64,000 nt of DNA from a virus. Location of the stretch: positions 36,190 through 100,189 of IMG/VR virus record IMGVR_UViG_3300028197_000962; one strand, 5' to 3'. A model generated the notes under the pieces. The model did no database searches. It saw only the letters and a list, made by a program, of their open reading frames with translations, and had not been told where the DNA came from. Both the position numbers and the translations under genes were made by a program. This document shows, in pieces, positions 57,454 to 64,000 of this stretch (positions within the stretch are counted from its first letter, which is position 1; each line of letters begins with the position of its first letter).

Positions 57454-57512
57454 ATTATGGCATAAAAAAAGCACCCTGTCAAGGGTGCCCGACCAGTTCA
57501 TCAGCTGTCACA
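57454..57512 (-). promoter_or_regulatory. Early promoter with upstream palindrome (copy 6), -35 embedded in a hairpin
   Basis: TGTGACAGCTGATGAACTGGTCGG then TTGACA-17-CATAAT. Confidence 0.82.
57464..57488 (-). terminator. Rho-independent terminator overlapping the helicase promoter
   Basis: GCACCCT-TGAC-AGGGTGC-TTTTTTT. Confidence 0.8.
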
Positions 57513-57672
57513 TCATTGCTAACGTCTCTTGTTGTTTTAAATATAACTTAACCCAACATCGTGCCATATTCTTTACAAGTTCAATATCTTCCATCTTTTC
57601 AATATCACGTGAGATCTTTTCATATTGAAAACTCTTAGATGGTTTATCTAAGGTAATATCATCGGGATTCAT
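57508..57672 (-). CDS. Small hypothetical protein
   Basis: MNPDDITLDKPSKSFQYEKISRDIE...YLKQQETL. Confidence 0.68.
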   Translation of the reverse strand: MNPDDITLDKPSKSFQYEKISRDIEKMEDIELVKNMARCWVKLYLKQQETLAMM

Positions 57673-57694
57673 TAAATTAGTCCTCTGTTCATAA

Positions 57695-57862
57695 TTATGT
57701 ATCCTCCTTCTTACTGTAATCATATATAATCTCAATTTTCTTCCATTTGTGTGTTTTATTAGATGCAGTCATGCGTTTAACATCACCATTAAGAATGGTT
57801 GCAATGTTACTCAGTTGCATATCTGCGATCATCGATGATGTTTCTTGATCAAGTTTTTTCAT
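57695..57862 (-). CDS. Small hypothetical protein, below cutoff
   Basis: Manual translation MKKLDQETSSMIADMQLSNIATILNGDVKRMTASNKTHKWKKIEIIYDYSKKEDT. Confidence 0.6.
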   Translation of the reverse strand: MKKLDQETSSMIADMQLSNIATILNGDVKRMTASNKTHKWKKIEIIYDYSKKEDT

Positions 57863-58043
57863 TGTATTCTTTGTTAGTTTTGTAGTATAGTTTATAATAT
57901 GTTTTTTTCATACTATTGATGGTGTCCATGTCTTCTTGGAATCCCATATATTTAAGGAGTTGAGAAGATCCTTCTAACTCACTGATGAGTCTCAGGATGT
58001 TAGTAGGGTGACGTTCTAGCCCTCCAAAATCATAGTTACTCAT
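57849..58043 (-). CDS. Hypothetical protein
   Basis: 64 aa, downstream of promoter 58071-58099. Confidence 0.72.
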   Translation of the reverse strand: MSNYDFGGLERHPTNILRLISELEGSSQLLKYMGFQEDMDTINSMKKTYYKLYYKTNKEYNEKT

Positions 58044-58070
58044 AGGAGTCTCATCACCCTCAACAAACAG

Positions 58071-58099
58071 AGTCTACACATAAATTAGAATCTTGTCAA
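58071..58099 (-). promoter_or_regulatory. Sigma70-type promoter TTGACA-17-TAGACT
   Basis: Exact -35 and 17-nt spacing. Confidence 0.72.
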
Positions 58100-58181
58100 G
58101 TAGCAAGGAAGTTACACGAACTCCCCAGTTCATAAATGCCATGAACGACACAATAAACAATAGTTTTTGATTTACAGTCAA
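58074..58181 (-). CDS. Small hydrophobic protein (TTG start, tentative)
   Basis: (M)TVNQKLLFIVSFMAFMNWGVRVTSLLLDKILIYV; first ORF after promoter copy 7. Confidence 0.4.
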   Translation of the reverse strand: MTVNQKLLFIVSFMAFMNWGVRVTSLLLDKILIYV

Positions 58182-58204
58182 AGAGGTGATTATGTACTCC
58201 ACAC

Positions 58205-58264
58205 AGTATAAGACCCCACACAGGCGATCTGAGCGGGGTCTGGTACAGTTATTTGATTGTCACA
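58205..58264 (-). promoter_or_regulatory. Early promoter with upstream palindrome (copy 7)
   Basis: TGTGACAATCAAATAACTGTACCA, AGACCCC...GGGGTCT hairpin, -10 TATACT. Confidence 0.68.
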
Positions 58265-59929
58265 TCAGGCGATGTTAATTACTCCACCCATATTGGCGTG
58301 AGCAGTACATTGATAGTATAAAGTATTAGGAGTTACGAATGGAACTTCAAAGATTAATACACCATTTGATACATCATTATTGGTAACTCCGACGTTCCAT
58401 GCTGTACCAGCAGAACCATTTGCAGTGCTCTGAATACGGAATGGATGTGCTCCCATCTTATTCTCAAACATATAAGTTTGTCCACGTTTGAGATACAATG
58501 CAGGATCATTTTGTGTTGAGTGACCTAAACCAGGACCGGTGAAAGTATAATGATTAGATCCATCTGCACCTAATACCCAACGTCCAGCAGCAGAATATGA
58601 ACTATCGCCATAATAAGTTACAATGCCAGAGTTAACATGAGTTGATGCAGTAACAATACCAGCAAGATTTACGCCAGTGCTAGTTGCACTGACTCTTGGT
58701 GATGATTGATAATAAAGGATACCCGCACCATTGCTGTCTGCTGCGACTGCTATGTTACCTGTACCTTGCCACAGTGATGCTCCTTGGCGGCCCTGAATGT
58801 TGATGCTTCCACCACCACCAGAACCATCAGTGTTTCTAAAATAAGTTTCATTAGAACCACCAAATATCTTTAACTTCTGTGATCCTATGTTAAGATGAAT
58901 GCCTTTAGTTGTTCCATTATCTCCTGCAAATGTGGCGATACCAGTCGTTACTTCCAGATTTGCTAGGTTTGTTTGACCTGCAACAGTAGCAATACCACTA
59001 GAAACATTTAGGTTTGATAATGTACTTTGCCCTGTTACACTTAAACCAGTAGCAGTTGCAATACCAGTGATGATTACACCACCTGCATCAGTTTCAAGTT
59101 TCTTAGAGTTGTTATAATAAAGTTCTACATCACCATCCGCATTTGCAATGATTCCTGCTTCTCCGGCAGCAGGTTCTATATTGATTGAAGTTCCTGAACT
59201 AGATCTTAAATATACATTACCCGTGTCATTTTGTAAAAAGGCATGAGTCCCACTATGATATATTTCTAGATCATTATCAGCACCAAATTTAATATTATTG
59301 GTATTACTATCATCACCATCGCCAAGTCTAATGGCACTGAATGTAGAAAAACCAGAGAATGTTGCACCAGCAAGAGTGGAGATACCAGCAACAACTAATC
59401 CGCTGGTGCTTACATCAGCAGTGCTACCTGCACCTGCACCACTAGCAGAAACAGATCCATCTGCCATCAAATATTGACTTGATGTTCCACCAGATTTAAT
59501 AAATGATGTTGAAGTAACAACACCAGTAACACTTAAGTTACCAGCACTTACTTGTCCACTTAAAGTAGAAACGCCAGCAACTACCAAAGATGATGATCTT
59601 GGATTCGCAGTAGTTACACCAGATGTAACAGTAGATAAACCTGACGCGGGATCGGTTATACCAAACGTATTATCAAAGTTTAGTTTAGTGATAGCACCAA
59701 GGGAGTTATTGGATCTAAACACCGTTAAACCAGCACCAACAGCACCTAAACCAGTAAGACCAGATGCGTTACCAATAAAGTTTGTTGCAGTAATAACACC
59801 AGTTACATTTACATGACTGGCAACATCTAATTGAGTACCTTTCGCGATAGATCCTGTTCTTATGTCAACACCGTCTATGCCAATAGCATCAGTATTGCCA
59901 AGTTTTGCTAATTCTCTTGCTCTTGACAT
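58265..59929 (-). CDS. Tail fibre-like virion protein with C-terminal cupredoxin-like domain
   Basis: MSRARELAKLG start, Gly/Thr repeats, DNDLEIYH and VELYYNNSKKLET fibre motifs, C-terminal HPF...YYQCTAHANM; late promoter upstream. Confidence 0.8.
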   Translation of the reverse strand: MSRARELAKLGNTDAIGIDGVDIRTGSIAKGTQLDVASHVNVTGVITATNFIGNASGLTGLGAVGAGLTVFRSNNSLGAITKLNFDNTFGITDPASGLSTVTSGVTTANPRSSSLVVAGVSTLSGQVSAGNLSVTGVVTSTSFIKSGGTSSQYLMADGSVSASGAGAGSTADVSTSGLVVAGISTLAGATFSGFSTFSAIRLGDGDDSNTNNIKFGADNDLEIYHSGTHAFLQNDTGNVYLRSSSGTSINIEPAAGEAGIIANADGDVELYYNNSKKLETDAGGVIITGIATATGLSVTGQSTLSNLNVSSGIATVAGQTNLANLEVTTGIATFAGDNGTTKGIHLNIGSQKLKIFGGSNETYFRNTDGSGGGGSINIQGRQGASLWQGTGNIAVAADSNGAGILYYQSSPRVSATSTGVNLAGIVTASTHVNSGIVTYYGDSSYSAAGRWVLGADGSNHYTFTGPGLGHSTQNDPALYLKRGQTYMFENKMGAHPFRIQSTANGSAGTAWNVGVTNNDVSNGVLIFEVPFVTPNTLYYQCTAHANMGGVINIA

Positions 59930-59945
59930 CGCACACAATTAGTTT

Positions 59946-60401
59946 CTAGTTATTTATAGATGGCAACACTGCTCCACATTGTTCCATCAACATATAGAAT
60001 TGCCACAGCGTTTCTACTTCAAACTCATGAAACGTGTTCTTGTTAATTACTACTGTGGGTACACATATATGCCTCTTTGGTGCAAATATAAAAGCATGTT
60101 TATTCTCTAATCCTTTTGCAATAGGAGAATCTATCCTGGTTGTGATACCAATCAGAAGATCTGCCTTTGAACCATACATATCAATCCATTTTTTATGCCA
60201 TCCATCATCACCACCAAGTGCAGTCATATGAACACATTCAGGTGCAAAACAAAACTTATCTAAGTGACGTGTCATATCACTAGCTGCATGTTTTGCAATG
60301 GCAAGATTGCCACCGTTACCAATCACTGCAATCGATGATGCAGACTTTACGGCATCAATTATTGTTGAAGAAATCATCACTGTGGATTGCTTTGTCATCA
60401 A
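59946..60401 (-). CDS. SIS-domain sugar-phosphate isomerase (GmhA-like)
   Basis: VIGNGGNLAIAKHAASD resembles GmhA CGNGGSAADAQH; MTALGGD; DLLIGITT; start uncertain. Confidence 0.68.
   Translation of the reverse strand: MMTKQSTVMISSTIIDAVKSASSIAVIGNGGNLAIAKHAASDMTRHLDKFCFAPECVHMTALGGDDGWHKKWIDMYGSKADLLIGITTRIDSPIAKGLENKHAFIFAPKRHICVPTVVINKNTFHEFEVETLWQFYMLMEQCGAVLPSINN
59951..59958 (-). promoter_or_regulatory. Late promoter TATAAATA for the fibre gene
   Basis: Exact consensus 22 nt upstream of ATG 59929. Confidence 0.8.
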
Positions 60402-60705
60402 TGTACATGTCTCCTGAATATTTACCTAGGAACAGTTTGGTGTATTTACACCCCCACTCTTCCAACTGAGTTTCTGTCAGTCTACCATACTTTTGTCTTG
60501 CACGGTTCATTGATTCTTCATCAAAGTTTCCTTCTGGGTTATTCTTTGTACCCATACCTCTTGCAGTCATGTATACAATTTCATGACCCTCATCATACAG
60601 TTTGTTTATCTTTTCAATGCGATCATAATATACTTGACCTGATCCAAAGTTTGGACCATTAAAATGTTCGCAAATTGTACCGTCAATATCAACGACGTAT
60701 CTCAT
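60355..60705 (-). CDS. HAD-family phosphatase (capsule-biosynthesis type)
   Basis: VVDIDGTIC, MTARG, GK, YIDDKA. Confidence 0.85.
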   Translation of the reverse strand: MRYVVDIDGTICEHFNGPNFGSGQVYYDRIEKINKLYDEGHEIVYMTARGMGTKNNPEGNFDEESMNRARQKYGRLTETQLEEWGCKYTKLFLGKYSGDMYIDDKAIHSDDFFNNN

Positions 60706-61396
60706 GTTTAACAATCTCAATGTCAGATGGGCGATCAACAGCATGTGTTCTCATGCCGATATTAAATGGAGTCACAGGTATTCTACCAATGAAACCTAGG
60801 GTGTCAAGACTAGCACAATCCTCAACCATTTTCAAATCATATGATCTAAAATTTGCAATAGTATCATAGTCATAGACATATAACCCAGAAATTCCAAAGA
60901 TGTGACGATTAATAATCCACTCTGGTTCTGGTGTGCGAGTAATCCAAATTACATTATCATTATTAATAACTGCTTTGACACAATCTTCATCATCAACATC
61001 AATTTGATTAATATTATAGACTGCTTGCAACATCTGAGTCTGATGTGACATTGCATGACCAATCATGTCATCAATTGATTCTGGATTCATCACAGGTTCA
61101 TCTCCTTGGAGATTAACAACCCAACGTGGTTTATGTTCTAGTAATCGAACAGCATCAGATACTCTATGAGTGCATGTAGTACAAGAGTCTGTAATTATAG
61201 CATCACAGTTATATTGTTTTACTACGTTATAAATTTCTTCATCAGGTGTGGCGACAACAATATTATCAATATACTTACATTCCATTGCACGATCAATGAC
61301 ATGCAGAATCATTTCTTTTCCATTGATTTTATACAACGGTTTACCAGGAAATCTTGTAGACCCCAATCTCGACGGGATAACACATGTAACAGTCAT
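60689..61396 (-). CDS. kdsB: CMP-Kdo synthetase-like cytidylyltransferase
   Basis: IPSRLGSTRFPGKPL, VVNLQGDEP, GLYVY, AVDRPSD. Confidence 0.85.
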   Translation of the reverse strand: MTVTCVIPSRLGSTRFPGKPLYKINGKEMILHVIDRAMECKYIDNIVVATPDEEIYNVVKQYNCDAIITDSCTTCTHRVSDAVRLLEHKPRWVVNLQGDEPVMNPESIDDMIGHAMSHQTQMLQAVYNINQIDVDDEDCVKAVINNDNVIWITRTPEPEWIINRHIFGISGLYVYDYDTIANFRSYDLKMVEDCASLDTLGFIGRIPVTPFNIGMRTHAVDRPSDIEIVKHEIRR

Positions 61397-62388
61397 AACT
61401 CAGAGATTAACTTTCTTACAGAAGGATGATACTCCATTGTATCATAGATTTTGCATTTTGCGTTCAATTTGTCTAATGCTTTATCTTTGGAATACAATTC
61501 CAATGGTACAGCATCAGTTATGATATTTCCAGTAGAGTTGCCATAGAACCAATCATCCCAATGTCTACCATGTTTTTCAGTCATCATATTTGATCTGAAA
61601 TTGAGCATATACAACGATTCTAATAATTCATCAGGTGTTTGTCTCTTATGTGGACACAGGAACAACTTAATCATACTCATGATGACACTGCGATCATCGC
61701 ACCTGTCTATCCATAAGTTCTCAAACTTACTATGAATATTTTCTAACTTAGCATAGCTATCGACTGAACTTGTTGTAGTCTCATAGTAAATATCCCCTGC
61801 ATCATAGTAACGAACATGAGCACCGCTATAATATGCATACATGGTCGCAGATGTGAACATTGAAAAGTAAAATGCCTGAAATCTTCCCATTGCAACAGCA
61901 AGACCCAACTGCCACTCTTCTACACCAGGATCATCAAAGATACTCATGACATGTAAGTCTGTTAGTCCCTCATGTGCAAAGGCATAATACCAATCTTGCT
62001 TTTGTTCTGCCGGAGCCATTGCAACAACAGGTTTAGGTGCATTTTCTACTAATGTTCTGAGAGCGTCATAATTTACCTGATTAAAATCAACACCAGTTGC
62101 AACATCAATCTTGGGTAGAAAAATACATGTTCCCTGTCTTTCTTGTCTTGGCACAAGTGCATCAGCATATAGGAATGGACATGCACCTAGATGAACATAC
62201 TTATCGTGCTTAACAAGTTTATTGGGAAGATACTCACTCCATGCATACACATTAGAACACATGAAGTCAGCATAAAATTCCTGCCGTCCCATTGTTTCTG
62301 TCTGGACACCAGGAATAAAATTATAATCTAGATATTGATCTGTCCCTGCCCAATAATTAAGGATCTCTTTTGTTCCAAAACGACTCAT
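61393..62388 (-). CDS. Hypothetical protein, possible GT-B glycosyltransferase
   Basis: 331 aa, ATGA-coupled to kdsB; FTSATMYAYYSGAHVRYY loosely resembles the S..(E/Y)A...G.PV motif of KpsS/sialyltransferase-like enzymes. Confidence 0.5.
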   Translation of the reverse strand: MSRFGTKEILNYWAGTDQYLDYNFIPGVQTETMGRQEFYADFMCSNVYAWSEYLPNKLVKHDKYVHLGACPFLYADALVPRQERQGTCIFLPKIDVATGVDFNQVNYDALRTLVENAPKPVVAMAPAEQKQDWYYAFAHEGLTDLHVMSIFDDPGVEEWQLGLAVAMGRFQAFYFSMFTSATMYAYYSGAHVRYYDAGDIYYETTTSSVDSYAKLENIHSKFENLWIDRCDDRSVIMSMIKLFLCPHKRQTPDELLESLYMLNFRSNMMTEKHGRHWDDWFYGNSTGNIITDAVPLELYSKDKALDKLNAKCKIYDTMEYHPSVRKLISEL

Positions 62389-62744
62389 AATGTCTTTTCG
62401 TCTGTGTTGAACAGGTCAAGCATCTCTTTCTTCGTTAAGATCTTCTTACGATAGAATACTTTCAACATCTTATTCAATTTTCTATTCAGATTCTTTTGTA
62501 ATTGCATATCTTCACCATCCCAATCAGGATTGAAACGCCACCCATCTTCTGGATTAAACTTATATTTTTTCTGATACCAATTCTTTGGTTCTTCTACATT
62601 TTCATGCAACACATAGTAGTGTGGCAACTCAGAAATCATCTCATCTTTAATCCACCACTGCCCCATATCGTCATCAAAACGAATGGGGATAAAGTCTGGA
62701 AAAAGATATACGCTCTCTTCTAACTCGTTGCACAGCGTTTTCAT
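62385..62744 (-). CDS. Hypothetical protein
   Basis: First ORF after promoter 62767-62795; ATG at 62744. Confidence 0.68.
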   Translation of the reverse strand: MKTLCNELEESVYLFPDFIPIRFDDDMGQWWIKDEMISELPHYYVLHENVEEPKNWYQKKYKFNPEDGWRFNPDWDGEDMQLQKNLNRKLNKMLKVFYRKKILTKKEMLDLFNTDEKTL

Positions 62745-62766
62745 ATTCACCAACAATGATGTGTCT

Positions 62767-62795
62767 AGTATATATCAGTCAGACGCTTATGTCAA
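62767..62795 (-). promoter_or_regulatory. Sigma70-type promoter TTGACA-17-TATACT for the sugar cassette
   Basis: Near-perfect consensus immediately after the upstream stop codon. Confidence 0.82.
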
Positions 62796-62796
62796 G

Positions 62797-64000
62797 TTAG
62801 CGGGCATTAGACTGTCCACCAAACAAGTTAACTGTTGGTGTTTCTGCCCATGCACAATAGAGATATGTATTAGTGCCATTGTTTATATCTCCACTGTTAG
62901 TTCTACATTTAAATCCATTAGATAAAATATCAATTGTAGTCCCAACTTGATCTGTTTCATTGGTGGATAGATTTAATGATAATCTTTTTGTGGTCACATT
63001 GAAAGTATCTCTCTTAACATCAATAACTGTCCAATTTCCAGTTCTTGATGATGGCTTCAACCAAATTAATGCAGGACGGAAACTTAACTCTACGAATGGC
63101 CCATCTGCGTTATCATTTGCTACATAACTACCAAATTTCTGCAATCCAGGGACATCACACCACAAATATGCGACTGCTGATTGACCAGTATCACTAATAC
63201 TATTATTTGTACCCAAAGTCCACAAATTATCACCATCATTTAAATGTGAATTAAACAAAGTCGCATCAGTATCTTCTGCTGCTGCTGAATTTAATATCAA
63301 ATACTTAGTAGTGACAATAGATTTGTGCCAAACCACCCAAGAATTTCCACCTGTTGATTTTTTCTTACAAATCATGAAATCTGGTTTTGCTCCCAATCTA
63401 TGGGGCAGCGTCTCATTAGTAGAACCATGGCCATTCCAGGTATAAATTCCAAACTTACTTTTAGTATTAACAGAACAACCAGTAGGAGCAATTGATGGAG
63501 CATTAGGAGCTGATAACCCGTTATCAATAAGCCTTTGATCGTCAAATTTCCACCCATACAACAGCAACCCAGCTGCCGCAGTGCTGGTTCTTTTGACTGT
63601 TATTTTATTAACAAGACCATTAACAGGTATAACAGTTGAATCGGTAAATGCAGGGTTTACCGTTGCACATAGTGATAAACCAAATGTCGGACCATCGTTA
63701 ATCTGAATAGTACCAGCGTTGTAAGAAGTAAGTCCTCCAAATAGAGTAATACTTTTATTGACTTGAATAGGTGGATTAATAGTAAGTGTAACAGTAACAG
63801 CTAATCCATCACCATTACAATGTGCGTAATTAGTAAAGTCAGTATCAAACATAGCTGTTTTAGCTATGAAATTTCCACTGTTTCCTGTGGTGGTAATATT
63901 ATTACTCCAAGTTTGAGTTTGGTTATAAACAGAAGAGTTTAAAGAACCAACACTCATATTAACATCAGAAGCACTTGCATAACCTACATCATCAACATTA
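62797..64000 (-). CDS. Tail fibre/virion protein, C-terminal part (5' end outside window)
   Basis: Frame is open to the window edge (NVDDVGYASASDVNM...); PHRLGAKPDF, WVVWH, KFGSY, IDILSNGFK, YLYCAWAE motifs typical of cyanophage fibre tips. Confidence 0.78.
   Translation of the reverse strand, partial: NVDDVGYASASDVNMSVGSLNSSVYNQTQTWSNNITTTGNSGNFIAKTAMFDTDFTNYAHCNGDGLAVTVTLTINPPIQVNKSITLFGGLTSYNAGTIQINDGPTFGLSLCATVNPAFTDSTVIPVNGLVNKITVKRTSTAAAGLLLYGWKFDDQRLIDNGLSAPNAPSIAPTGCSVNTKSKFGIYTWNGHGSTNETLPHRLGAKPDFMICKKKSTGGNSWVVWHKSIVTTKYLILNSAAAEDTDATLFNSHLNDGDNLWTLGTNNSISDTGQSAVAYLWCDVPGLQKFGSYVANDNADGPFVELSFRPALIWLKPSSRTGNWTVIDVKRDTFNVTTKRLSLNLSTNETDQVGTTIDILSNGFKCRTNSGDINNGTNTYLYCAWAETPTVNLFGGQSNAR

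Noticed and set aside
50670-58264. Recurring ~25-bp dyads considered as a degenerate CRISPR array or attC sites
   Set aside because: Copies are roughly 0.7-2 kb apart, divergent, and each sits at a fixed distance from a -10 box; no cas or integrase gene in the window
1068-62925. Numerous plus-strand ORFs in the track (e.g. 3247-3816, 53977-54498, 54748-55302, 53316-53714)
   Set aside because: They lie antisense to well-supported minus-strand genes and show no motifs; shadow ORFs

Overview
64 kb of a T4-like cyanomyovirus genome (Kyanoviridae-type; host assignment is inference from gene content and protein style). Every credible gene is on the minus strand. Reading in transcription direction: a tail-fibre-like gene (cut by the window edge); a sugar cassette (putative glycosyltransferase, KdsB, HAD phosphatase, GmhA-like SIS); a fibre gene with a cupredoxin-like C-terminus; a ~9 kb early region of small ORFs with an SF2 helicase, a candidate type II restriction-modification pair and a ligase-fold protein, driven by seven sigma70-like promoters that share an upstream palindrome; a mostly non-coding junction (48640-49320); then the late module gp25-gp6-gp7-gp8-DUF4815-gp13-14-15-16-17-18-19-20-21-22-23-gp3, followed by uvsY, uvsW and an Sm-like gene. 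The most notable unexplained structures are (i) a cluster of three DnaA boxes flanked by convergent promoters and an AT-rich tract, resembling a host-type origin or DnaA-titration site; (ii) a ~90-nt intergenic element that folds into nested hairpins plus a pseudoknot (53221-53311); (iii) an orphan consensus promoter driving a non-coding leader; and (iv) a modular basic protein that looks like a gp21-processed polyprotein. I saw no tRNA, rRNA, CRISPR array, intron, intein or transposase. All family assignments are by eye from motifs and synteny; no database search or folding program was run.
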